DNA from: Octopus sinensis
Lineage: Eukaryota
Direction of reading: 5' to 3'
Assembly: GCF_006345805.1 (NCBI RefSeq)
Contig: NC_043001.1
Coordinates: forward strand, 117,614,001-117,678,000
Length of the DNA stretch: 64,000 nucleotides
Below are positions 47,120 through 58,606 of the stretch, piece after piece. The notes under the pieces were generated by a model. It searched no databases and was not told the origin of the DNA. It saw only the letters and a program-made list of their open reading frames with translations. Both the position numbers and the translations under genes were made by a program. The number at the start of each line of letters is the position of its first letter. The first letter of the stretch is position 1.

Positions 47120-47299
47120 AGTAAGAAGCTTGCCTTGTGCCATAATATGAAACCAAGAAGCTTGCTTCCCAACCACATGGTTCGAGTTTCAGTCTCATTG
47201 CGTGGTACCTTGAGTAAGTATCTTCTACTATAGCCTCGGGCCGACCAAAGCTTTGTGAGTGGATTCGGTAGAGGGAAACTAAAAGATGCCCGTCGTATG

Positions 47300-47300
<1 letters not shown>
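47120..47300 (+). mobile_element. SINE family A head
   Basis: AAGAAGCTTGCTTCCCAACCACATGGTTC...CTACTATAGCCTCGGGCCGACCAAAGC...GGAAACTAAAAGATGCCCGTCG. Confidence 0.85.
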
Positions 47301-47330
<30 letters not shown>

Positions 47331-47363
47331 TAATCAAAATAAAAACATGATTCAAAGGATTTA

Positions 47364-47451
47364 GCGGTACATATGTTTCGGGCCTTTATTAGACGGTTTT
47401 ATAACAATACACAATTGATGTAAATGTGTGTCTATGGCCTTCTTCAGCCGC
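47364..47451 (-). ncRNA. Minimal type I hammerhead ribozyme of Penelope pLTR type
   Basis: Minus strand: GCGG-CUGAAGA-A-GGCC...GGCC-C-GAAAC-AUAU-GUA-CCGC. Stem I GCGG/CCGC, long stem II (GGCC, UAGAC/GUCUA), palindromic stem III ACAUAUGU, cleavage between 47368 and 47367. Confidence 0.72.
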
Positions 47452-48181
47452 GTACAATTACTACTTCAAGGACATATATTACATTATAAGTTTTACGTTG
47501 GGGATGCAAATCCTTATAGTCGCGTACGACAGAGTGGGGCACCAACACGAAATCGAAGCGTCCATCTCGCTTTTGACTCGATGTAGAATGAGGACGTTTG
47601 GATGTTGAGCTAGAGAGGGAAGGGGTTGGGGGGTTGAATCTTTAGTGAGTTAGGGATCACAAAGGGGGAGTAAAAGAGTAAAAGATTACAAAAGAGTAAA
47701 AAAAAATTTTAAATATATAAAAAAGATATGAGAATATAAAAAAAAGATATAAGAATATAAAAAAATATATATAAGAATATAAAAAAGTATCTGAGTATAT
47801 AAATATATAAATAAATATATAAATATATATACATAAATACACACGGACGTGAAAAAACATGGTAATATAAATAAATAGAGATATAGATAAAGAAGCGAAA
47901 ATTAAGGACGAAAAAAAAATAAGGATAAGAAAATAAAAGACTATATAAGGGGATGAAGGAAGAAATGTAAGGGGGTGAAGAACTAACAGGGTGGTCAGAA
48001 GATAGCGTATTCCGGTTGTTGGGGCCTACCGGTGTAATGGCGGGTGTCATAAATTAACTGTCTGGAGACCAAGTAGATCGGTCAATCTCGGTTGCCTCGT
48101 TTGTGGCTAAACAGTTTATCTACTTCCTCGTAAATTGTCTTTGTTACTAATGGTCAACGTGTACATACGTACATGCATGCA

Positions 48182-49124
48182 TCATCATCATCATTGTTCG
48201 ACCGTGGTCGAGACAATGGAATTTACTATGTTACGCCAGACTTCACGGTCCATCATAGCATTACAGAGGTCCTGTTGCTGGATGCCTGTATCCCTGGAGA
48301 TTACATCTGGATAGGAGAGTGTGCGCCCTCTGGTATTGCGAGTAGATGGCTTCCAGAGGAGAAGAGTAGAAATTACTTCTTTTTCAGCTCTACAACAATG
48401 TCCAGCAAACTGGACTCTCCTACCTTTCACAAGAGATGACACAGGTGGTAGTTTCCCATATATTTGCATTTTGGTTAGATGGCGCTTCCACGAGAGGTTT
48501 TGAGTTCTCATAAGGAGGCGAGTGTAGGTTCCATCCAACCGCCTCTCAAGCTTCTTTGATAACGTCCAGGTTTCTGAGCCATATAGTAGAATTGGTCTGA
48601 CTGTGGCTTTGAATATTTCAAGTTTGAAGTCTCTACTTAGATTTGATGACCAGATCTTATGCATGTCATTACAGGCTGACCAGGCCATACCCTTTCTAGT
48701 TAGAAAGTCTTTTCCAGATGATGATATGTATGACCCAAGATATTTGTAATCAGAAACCATATTTAAGGGCGCATTGTTGAGAGTATGGATGATGCAATCA
48801 CTGTTGGACAGGCACTTGTTTATGTATTCAGTTTTGGCCTCATTGAGGTAAAGACCTACACAATTTGAGGCTTGTTCAAGAGATTGTAAAAGAGCATGGG
48901 CAGTGGAGAGAGAATCACTGATAAGAGCGATGTCGTCAGCAAAGTCAGTGTCTGTCAAGTACTCAGCTGGGTGTCTGGAACTTCTTCTTGGTTTTATTTC
49001 AAAGCCCTTGCCTGAGATGGTATCAACTGACATACGTAGCACATAATCAACAACAATGATGAAAAGAAATGGGGCGAGTGTGTCTCCCTGCAGTATTCCG
49101 GCTTTGATTGAGAAAGATGATGTG
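48182..49124 (-). mobile_element. 5'-truncated RTE-clade LINE, uninterrupted RT C-terminal ORF (about 310 codons), 10-bp TSD
   Basis: GILQGDTLAPFLF, DFADDIAL, YKYLGS, LLYGSETWT, FAGHC, MMDREVWR; (GAT)n tail after the stop at 48191; CATGCATGCA at 48172-81 and 49125-34. Confidence 0.95.
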
Positions 49125-49177
49125 CATGCATGCACATCCACATCCACATGTATATATACATACGTACTCTCGTATAT

Positions 49178-49223
<46 letters not shown>

Positions 49224-49229
49224 TATATA

Positions 49230-49470
49230 CATATATATATAACTGTGTGTGTGTGTATTTGTGTGTCAGTGACTGTGTTTGTCCCTCCACAATCGCTTGA
49301 CAACCGATGTTGGTATGTTACGTCCCCGTAAAATAGCGCTTCGGCAAAAGAGAACGATAGCATAAGTGCCAGGCTTACAAAAAATAAGTTCAGGGGTCGA
49401 TTTCTTTGACTAAAATTCGGTGCTCTAGCACGCCGCAGTCAAATGACTGAAATAAGTGAAAGAATAAAAG
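49230..49470 (+). mobile_element. SINE family A tail
   Basis: CGCTTGACAACCGATGTTGG...CGGCAAAAGAGAACGATAG...GCAGTCAAATGACTGAAATAAG. Confidence 0.85.
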
Positions 49471-49478
49471 AATATATA

Positions 49479-49568
<90 letters not shown>

Positions 49569-49577
49569 TGTATGTAT

Positions 49578-50440
49578 GAATGTATCTTTTGCACTTTTAT
49601 CGCCTTCAAAGTATTCTCCATTTGAAGCAATGCATCGGTCCAGACAGGAGGCGGGGTTGCGGGGTCATGCTATTTTTGGTCAATAACTGTCTCACACTCA
49701 AAGCAGTGCGCAGGCGCGTTGTCATGATGAAACCACCATTCTTCACTTTGTCACATGTTGTGGCGTTTTCGTCTCACTGCGTGTAGCAAACGCTTCAGAA
49801 GTGCCAAGTAAAACGCCTGGTTAACAGCTTGACCAGGAGAAACAAATTCTGTGTGGACAATTCCTTCCGTATCTATGAAACAAACCAGCATCTTTTTGAC
49901 ATTGGACTTCGCTTGACGGTTTTTTAGGAGTCGTGGTGATATTGAATGCTTCCATTGATTTGATTGCTGCTTCGTTTCTGAGATCGTAGCCGTAAACCAG
50001 CTTTCGTCATCAGTGATGACCTTCGAAAAAAGGTCCGATTCAACTGTTCTTTCGATTCACGTCACGCATTTAGCCGAAACTACTTTTCATATTCCGTGAG
50101 AAACTGAAGCACAAATTTTGCTGCAACTCTTTTCATTCGCAATTCGTCGCCCAAATTTCATTAGCTGGAGCTCCAGAACACACCAGTTATATCAACAAGT
50201 TCATCAAATGGTCGGCGATGATCCTCCAAGGTCAGTTCCCGAATTTTCCCGATGTTTTCATCCGTTCGGGAGATCGACAATCACCCTGAACGCGGTTGAT
50301 CTTCAAACAACAAAGCGTAAACCACTCGTAAATTTGTGTTTTGCTCATGGCAGTGTCCTTGTAAGCCATATGAAGCATGACAAGTTTTGGTCGCCGTTTT
50401 CCCCAGCAGAAAACAGAATTTCAGGAAAGTACGGTGTTTC
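49578..50440 (-). pseudogene. Mariner transposase relic, same family as 1783-2891
   Basis: Collinear with the first copy (TCGCCTTCAAAGTATTCTCCATTTGAAG...CATGATGAAACCACC...GTCGCCGTTTTCCCCAG.AGAAAACAGAATTTC); LKFCFLLGKTAT and EDQPRSG motifs; internal deletion. Confidence 0.88.
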
Positions 50441-50814
50441 TTCGTTTCAACCATCGCAAAAATCGATGAACATGGAAGAAGCACTGCAAAACAACTTCAC
50501 TCGAGGACGCCGGTCGGTAGATTAAAGGATTAGAAAAAAATCAGAGACAAAGAAAAAGGTACAGAGGAAATAAACGAGTTGGAAATAGTGGGAGTTAAAG
50601 AAAGAGAGGGCCAAGAAATGTGAAAGAGGGGGAGCGAGAAAAGGAAGAAGAATGAGAGGGGGAATAAAAGATAGAGTAAGAGTCGTACAAAATTTAGATA
50701 CATACCTACTATAAGGTGAACACAAGGGTGTACGTACGCCGCTACATATATATATAATTGGAACAAAAACGCAATAGAGGACATTAAAACATTCGGACAG
50801 ATAGACGATACATA

Positions 50815-50930
50815 TGCCAAGTCTCTGGTCGGCCCGAGGGTATACAAAAATTGCACTTGCCCAAGGTTCCACGCAGTGCCACTGAACCCAGGACCATGTG
50901 GTCGGAAAGCAAACTTCTAACCACACAGCG
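50815..50930 (-). mobile_element. SINE family A head
   Basis: GGTCGGCCCGAGG...CACTTGCCCAAGGTTCCACGCAGTG..ACTGAACCCAGGACCATGTGG. Confidence 0.82.
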
Positions 50931-51855
50931 TACTATACATGCCTACTTCCTTGCACACACATTTTTACATAGAGATACATATGTATGCCGCACACATGCA
51001 TACACACACATACATATATATGCATACAGGCATCTACATGCTTTCATACATATATATGCTTACATACATAGCTATGTTGTCTCACATTTAATGATTACTT
51101 TTTCAATCCTATTTTATGATTCACTCCCTTTCTCTTTTCCTTCTTTTCTCTCTATCTATCTACCTATCTCTGTCGTTTTCTTCCTGTTCTCACTCTTTCT
51201 CTCACCCTCTCACTCTCATTCTCTCTCCCTCTTGTTCCCTCTCTCTCTCTCTCTCTCCAGCTCTCCCAATCGCTTTTCAACTAGTTCTCTCAATCACCGT
51301 TGTTTCATTCTCACAACACACCCTCTCCTAGTTTTTCTCTTTCATAAATATCTCTGCCGTTGTTTGTTTCCCTTCTTGTACTCTCTTTATCTCCCTATTT
51401 CACTACCTTTCCCTATATCCCTCTATCTTACCCTATTCCAATCTTTACTTTTCGATTTCTGTCGAGACCGATAGATGGGGGCAGTCGATATAATCGACTG
51501 TTTCCGTCAGAAATCGTATTATCTATCGCCTGTTCAACCAAATTTATAATGGAGTTGTTGTTCCAGTTGAATACTAGTCTCACTCAAACAATTTAGATTC
51601 ATGTTCACTAAGTAACTTAATGCAGCGTGAGGCAAAAAAAAAAACTTCTGATTTACTATTCTTGATAAGCGTTTCAAAGTAAACGATCGGTGTGCACCGG
51701 TCCAAACTATTATAATAGTTAAAAACAAAATGGTAAAACATTTGCTACATGGCAATATTACATCCTGCTTAACTTCGCTAGCGCCATACCAATCGCTATA
51801 TACAACATAGAAGATTTTTCTGTTGCACTCTGTATTCCTGTATTTGGCCTGCAAA

Positions 51856-51931
<76 letters not shown>

Positions 51932-52104
51932 AAGCAAATCGAAGAGAATTCTCTTCGATTTATATTCCAATATTATTTTGTTCTCACAACGTGTAAGATA
52001 TAAGCACATAATTATATAATGCCAAAATTATGTAGACAAATAGATACGTATCTGATATACATGTGCTTATATTGGTATATTGCTTTTTAATTTTTGTCAC
52101 AAGG

Positions 52105-52290
52105 ACAGTAATTTTGGTGGAGGGAGAAAGTCGATTACGTCGATACCAGAGCTCAACTGGTACTTATTTTATCGACCCCGAAAGGATGAACAGCAAAGCC
52201 GATTTTGGCGGAATCTGAACGGAGAACGTGAAGACGAACGAAATGCTGCCAAGCATTTTATCCGGCGTGCTAAAAATTCCTCTCGCTCAC
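52105..52290 (-). mobile_element. SINE family D
   Basis: AACTGGTACTTATTTTATCGACCCCGAAAGGATGAA...CGGAATCTGAAC. Confidence 0.8.
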
Positions 52291-52364
52291 CGTGCAAACA
52301 ACTCCTCCAGCTCACCATGCTAACAACTATGCCAGCTCGCCGCATTCTTAAATTGATGTATTGA

Positions 52365-52494
52365 CATCTGTGTGGCAGGAAGCTTGCTTCCCAATCACAT
52401 GCTTCCGGGTTCAGTCCCACTGCGTGGCACCTCGGACAAGTGTCTTCTACTATATCCTCGGACTGAGAAAAGCCTCGTCAGCGGAATTGATAGA
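52365..52494 (+). mobile_element. SINE family A head, fused to the broken 3' end of the Tx1 element
   Basis: GTGTGGCAGGAAGCTTGCTTCCCAATCACATGCTTCCGGGTTCAGTCCCACTGCGTGGCACCTCGGACAAG. Confidence 0.85.
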
Positions 52495-55400
52495 AACTAC
52501 CTTTCCCTCCCGGCCAAAAGAAGATGGCGGAGTGAGCCTCCCAATGGACTCGGCTGATATCCGGATCCGTCCTACACATGATAACAGCTGTTCGACAAAG
52601 CTCCACAGGTCAGTAATGCATGGACGCTGGACGGGTGCATGCAGGACGGTTTCATCTACCTGCGCACGGCTCAGACAGGTCCGTCTGACAGCACTTCCGT
52701 GTTTGTAGAGTTTGTCTCGAACCGGCAGAGCTCCCCGATAGCACTGCCAGGTCAGGGATTTCTGGAAGTTATCTATATCCTCGCGCCTGAATGTCCTGAA
52801 AAGACCAGTTAGTTTATCCCTCCCGACATCCAGAGTTTCCCCGAGTATGTCATCGCTCTTTCCCTCCACTAATCCGCTAAAGTACTCCATGGTGGAAGTT
52901 CCACCGACCGCGTTGCCAGACTGGCAGAAGGCTGTTAGCGCTTGCCGACACTCCAGGTGCCAAGCTCCCTTTCTTGGTTTACGCTTGACCCAGGACTATA
53001 ACTCCATTAGCAGCGGAAAGTCCCGTTTGACGAACGGTGACTACACGTGCTCACCATTAAGGAAACGCTGGAGATGCCGCAGCCTCAACGCATGTCTGCG
53101 CATCATTAGCCACGGCATGCCCAGTACTCCGCTCAACGGCTGTTGACAGCAGATTGACCGTCTGACAAGAGGAAGAGTCCCTTCCATAGAAAGTGGAAGA
53201 GCAAGCGATCTAAGTTCATCATGCACGAGTGGGGCAAGGGTCGACGATCAGGCGGTAATAGATGATGGAAGCGATGAACGCATTCACCCCTCCGCCCGAC
53301 ACTTCAGGAACAGCTTCCTCTCTGACCATTTCTGGGTGAGATTGGCTACCATGCTCGTCACCTCACCGCAGTTTTTGCCCACCTGGATGTCTGGACCAAA
53401 TCAGACCCCGAGCAATTTAACCGGTCCTTCTGTCCAACACCCTACAACACTGTTGGTTAGTATGGAACTGCCTCTCTAAGTACCGAGTTGTAGGTCCACC
53501 GACTTCTGGTTGATCTTTGCCCCTGTCATCGCTTCGTACTCCCTTAGAACTTTGCCGACCACCAATTTCCTAGATGTCCGTGTAAGCCGATACGAACCCT
53601 CCGCATCTTAGATCACGAGGGATGCCGCTCGAAACATCCAGCTTCCGCAGCAATGGCTCGAGAGCCAGAACGTACAGAAGAGGCGAAAGTGCACATCTCT
53701 GACAGACTGAACGAGCGATGCTAAACAATTCCCATAGGTGGCCATTTACTTTGACCACCGAACAGATGTCGCTGTACATTACAACAATCCGGCCTCTGAA
53801 AGCGAGATCGAAAACCCGCTATCGCGAGAACAGCATCCAAGTATTGGTGGTCGACCCTATCAAAAGCTTTCGATTGATCCAAATTGATCAGGACCCCACC
53901 CATACCAGGCTCTTTACCCACCCTCTTAATGATGTGGAGGTTGTTGTGGATAGTTCTGTTTGGGATAGCGCATGTCTGCGCGTCACCAAGCAACTTATCG
54001 ACGACAAGCAGAAACCTCTTGGCTAACACCTTGGCCGAAATCTTATAATCTGCACTCAGAAGACTTATAGACCTAAAATTATCAATTTTGTCCCCTTCCT
54101 CAACAGCACCATCACTCCACGGCTCACAGCACTGGAAATTCTCCCGTTCTGCTGTCAGTTGTGGTAGACGTCTGCCAAAAGACCACCGAACAAGTCTGGC
54201 ATATGAAAATAAGGCTCGAAGTTCAGACCATCTCGCCCTGGTGACTTCTCTCTCGCGCAGTCCGTCATTGCGTCCCGTATGTTTTCGACTGTTTTAGGCA
54301 TTTCGCAGGACTCCGCATCTCTGGCTGAGAGGCACGGCATCCCACTGAGATACGAAGTGAAATCCACCACCGTCTCAGAACCACTGCGTAATCCATAAAG
54401 TTCGACGAAGTGCCGATGAAATTCTGCACACACCTGCCTGGACTTGGTTATCATGCGCCTATCACAACTCAACAAAGACCAAATTCTTGCTTTGTTTCCA
54501 CGTAGCGCCTCATCCACCCGAACCCATCGAATGTCTTTCGTCCCCTCCTGTCTCAGTGCACGTGTCCTAGCTCTGAAAATGCAACCTTCATGCTTGGCAT
54601 TGAGGAAATGATCATGAGCCAATTTCGCCACTAGCACGTCGGTCGCTACGACTTTTTTGAGCGTCTCTCCTAGCTTCCTAACTAGGTGCCCTCTATCCTA
54701 GATTACTCTAACGCTATTTTCTAATAGCCCTTTTCAGTGCTATCCACCATCCGTTGTTGACGATTGCGCCCGCCAACTCTCGATAGATGGGGCCCCAGAA
54801 GGCGAACCTAAACCGGTCCTTCGGGAAGGAGTCCAACACCCTGAACATATCGACTTCCGATATGACCTCCGTAGTCACCTGTGGAGGCCTAACAGGGTCT
54901 TCAGTCCAAGGCATGGTCTCCTCTCTCCGGCCCTCTAGCTTCCTTAAGAAGCTCTGTATTGCCCCTCCCTTATGGAGGAAGATAACAAAATCATCTCTAG
55001 TCGCTCTGGGAGGGGCCACAGTTTTCTCAGTCGGTGACACACTTCCCACCGACAAAGTTTCAGGGCATGCCGGCAGTGTACAATCAACCACCGGCAATGT
55101 CTCGTTCATTTTCTTTTTTCTTTTTCTCTCCTTTGCTACGGGAGGGTGTGGTACCTCCGCTTTATCCGGAGGATCTTCTTCCCCTCCCGCAGCTTTAGGG
55201 TCGCTCGGCGGGCAATCATTGTTGCCCACCTTCTTTCTTTTCTTTCCTTTTTTCGAGGAGGTCTCCACTTCCTAGTCTGTCTCCATCTCGCTCTCCAATG
55301 GGGAAGCAGGGGCCACTACTTTTATTAACTGCTCCAGGACCTTACCTTGGTTCTGGGGACAGTTCTTTCTATCTACTGGCCTACAAAATACTCTATCTAG

Positions 55401-55993
55401 ATGCGATCTGGAAGACCGGATGCGGTTCACCCATATCAACATTGGCGCATTGGGGAAATCAAATCGGTACCTGTCAGCCAACTGGAAGTGACTGAGCAGG
55501 TTTGTGAGGCTTTTACTCCACCCTCTCCTATTAGCTAGTCCCATCCTATCCAGGCGGGCATCCAAGATGCCATTCCAGTTACCCACTAACATTAAAGAGC
55601 CTGACGTCTCAAGGAAAACATCTAAACGTCTGAAAAAATCTGGGTGCCCCACCCCCGTGGGAGCGTACACATCGATGAGTCTAGAGGGACCACTTTCGCT
55701 GTCACGTCCAGGACTACCAACTTACCCTTCGGGTCCAGGAAGATCGTCCGAATTTCGAGGTCAGTGCCTTTCCTAAACAACACTGCCACCCTCTTCCCAT
55801 TCCGAGCCGACTAAGAGATACGTCGATCTCAAAATCGTCGAAAATGGGTGCAAGATCGCGTGTCGGAAATCCTGGTTTCACTGGCTGCTATCACATCCAA
55901 ACCTAGCGACATGAGGTCATTGAGCGAGCGACCTTGCTTCCAGGGTGACCTCAAGCCGCGAACATTTATGCAGCCCACTCTGACAATTGCCAT
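52495..55993 (-). pseudogene. Tx1/L1-clade LINE ORF2 relic (APE, RT, zinc finger), frameshifted and rearranged
   Basis: ATG at 55993: MAIVRVGCINVRGL..ETR; VYAP, LVGNWNGILD, SHLDRV (APE); KSPGRDG, NFRSISLLSADYKI.AKVLAKR, NLDQSKAFDRVDH, SPLLYVLALEPLL (RT); GALPVRDKL..DETVLH (C-terminus). Confidence 0.92.
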
Positions 55994-56789
55994 GAGTTGA
56001 ATAAAAGAAAAAAAGAGAGGTGCTGACAGTTCCAGTGGGGTAAGTAAAGCCTTGGAGCTGTTGGCAGCCCGATGACCCGGACTCAGATTTGGTTCCTCTG
56101 GGAAACCAGCTAAAAGCCTCTTGGTGGAGCAGACGTCTGGCCGTCCCACGTTTGAATTTCTTTATATCTTTTGAGGGGGTAGCCGAATTAGCATTAAGTG
56201 ATCCAGGACCCTAAGGGTACTGGCGTCGTAAATAGTACCCCCTCTCAATCTCCTTGTTTCTAACTATGAGAGCCAACAAATTTTTGTTGGTTCTCCTCAC
56301 GAGCACGTAATTCGGCTCTTCCGTATTGGTGACTGTGAGCTTCCTTTGGAAGATTTTGTTGGAGTAGTGGTTGTTGTGGTGCTGGTGTTGCGTTTGTTAT
56401 GTCAATGTTCAATGTGCTGACGGTTTCTGTGTTTTCAGGTGTTGGTGTAGGTTCGTCGGTTTTCTATTTCCTTTGTCTTTTACGTTCTTTTACTTTGTAA
56501 TGTTCTTCCTCGTCTTCACTACGAGATGGGGAGGGACTAGAATCTGTCTCGAGGTGTGTGAGTGTGTCTGTGATAGTGTGAGCGTATTTGTGTGAATGTA
56601 TGCTTGAAAGGGAGGTTGAGGGGGTTGGTTTGACAGATACCCTGAGTGGTTTTCTCCATTCTATGGGATTCACATGCCATTGTTGATGTTGGGGATGTAG
56701 CTACAATTTTATTGAAAGGTCCCTGTTGTTGCTATTACTGTTGTTTGGGATGCGATGTAGGCTGCAGGTGAGGCTGCGTACCTCCCAAC

Positions 56790-57460
56790 TTTTGGAACAG
56801 AAAGCTCTCAGGTGTATTGTGTCCCCACAGATGTCGCATCTGGACTTCCTGCCTTCCGCAGAAACACGGTTTCACCCCATTAGGCGTCTGAATCAGGTCC
56901 GGGATCATCTTGATATTCTGGTTTTACATGGATTAACATTTCCAAGTTGATCCCAAACCAAAACTCCCTGCTGCTTCTTTTTACCTCCAGGAGTGACTCT
57001 AGGTCCTGCACTACACAGGCGACAATCCACCAGACGTTTAAGCCCAGCGGCACGCTCGTTACTCTTATTCTGGTTGTTCTCTTTGATAGGTAGATGGGAT
57101 TCTGGACCCACTCCCCAGTCCACCGGGGTGACACTGTGTATCTTCGCACGAAGTCCTCACTTATAAAGAAGACCTCATTGCTAACAAACTGTCTCCCTCT
57201 TTGTATATGTAAGGGCCTTCTTTGTATATGTGAGGACCTTCTCACCGTGACTGGTGGAGGCTATTTTGGCTCTCCTGCTTCTGCGGGATACGCATCTAAA
57301 ACAAACTGTCTACTTTTCTTTCGCCTTTATTCTTTCGGGAGGTACGAGCACTGTTGCCTTACCCATCTCAAATTTAATGATGTCTTTCGCTTTTGAGAGT
57401 TTGCGTGTTTTGTCATCGAGTATGATGACAAACATTTCCCTCTTTGTGTTCGCTACATCA
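56790..57460 (-). pseudogene. LINE ORF1-like relic with CCHC zinc knuckle
   Basis: Minus strand RKSRCDICGDTIHLRAFCSK (C-x2-C-x4-H-x4-C at 56797-56838), preceded by RTTRIRVTSVP..WWIVACV. It lies upstream of and co-oriented with the Tx1 ORF2. Confidence 0.72.
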
Positions 57461-57519
57461 GCAAACCTTTTATTTTTGTTGTCGGTGCCGTCGTCGTTAC
57501 TGTTGTTATTGTTACTACT

Positions 57520-57630
57520 GCTGATGGTGGTGGTGGTAGTGTGGTGGTGGTGTGGTGGTGGTGGTGGTGGTGGTGGTGGTGGTGGTGGTGGTGGTGGTAG
57601 TGGTGGTGGTGGTGGTGTGGTGGTGGTGGT
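57520..57630 (+). repeat. (GGT)n tract
   Basis: Direct read. Confidence 0.95.
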
Positions 57631-57933
57631 GGAGTTGCCACTCTCACCACCACGATCACAGTTTTTTTTTCTTAACTCTTTCAAGATGCGCACCACCATC
57701 TTATTGAATTATATATGATTAAACGCCCATCGAATTTATTTGGAGGGGATGAATATAGCCCCGCGAGGGGCCAAACAAACACAGAAACCCAGTGCCAGGT
57801 TCCTGAAGTTTCTATTAACAACTTGGAGCAAAATATAAACCGAAAAAAGGCACCAACGCCTATAAATAAATGTTTTCAAAAGGATTTACTTGGAACGTTC
57901 GAAAACACGTCCGATGTACTACGCAACAAATAC

Positions 57934-57996
<63 letters not shown>

Positions 57997-58019
57997 TCTT
58001 TAAGGTTTAAATAATTCAC

Positions 58020-58266
58020 TTCTGGAAACATGAGAGTTCCGTTCATCATCCTTAAACAACCCTTATTCAGAAACCTTTTAAACGGGTTAGGTAACTCGAC
58101 CTGAAGAAAATTCTAATTGGGCCCCCACCTGCAAGGTCATGCACTGTTTATCTTGATAGGAGATCGCCATGTCACACACTTGTTGTTGTGATGCATATGC
58201 CTGCTGTACCCTTATACTGGGTTTCGTATATTTTACCCCAGTGTCACTTTGATGGCATGCACTGCC

Positions 58267-58322
<56 letters not shown>
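58020..58322 (+). mobile_element. Retroposon-like 3' end with (AAT)n tail
   Basis: Unique about 245-bp body ending GGCATGCACTGCC followed by (AAT)n and flanked upstream by another (AAT)n; family not assignable from the sequence alone. Confidence 0.4.
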
Positions 58323-58334
58323 TTTTTTAATGTT

Positions 58335-58530
58335 GGTACAAGGCCAGCATTTTCGAGGGAGGGGTTAGTGAATTATATCGATCCCCCATTCCAGGCTCGA
58401 CTAGTACTTTTTTAATCGACCCCGAAAGAATGAAATGCAAAGCAGACCTCGGCGGAATTTGAACTCAGAACGTAAAGACGAAATGCCGCTAAGCATTTTG
58501 TCTGGCGTGCTAACAATTCTGCCAGCAGTA
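58335..58530 (-). mobile_element. SINE family D
   Basis: ATCGACCCCGAAAGAATGAAATGCAAAGCAGACCTCGGCGGAATTTGAACTCAGAACG. Confidence 0.85.
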
Positions 58531-58556
58531 ATAATATCATCAGCATCAGCAGCAGT

Positions 58557-58606
<50 letters not shown>

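Noticed and set aside
47960-48140. Calling a second Penelope ORF from EATEI...TWSP
   Set aside because: Similarity too short to support as a feature; kept only as a weak note in the 47.4-kb HHR finding.
50000-50015. Minus-strand CTGATGACGAAAG
   Set aside because: It encodes the mariner ITDDESW motif and has no room for stem II.
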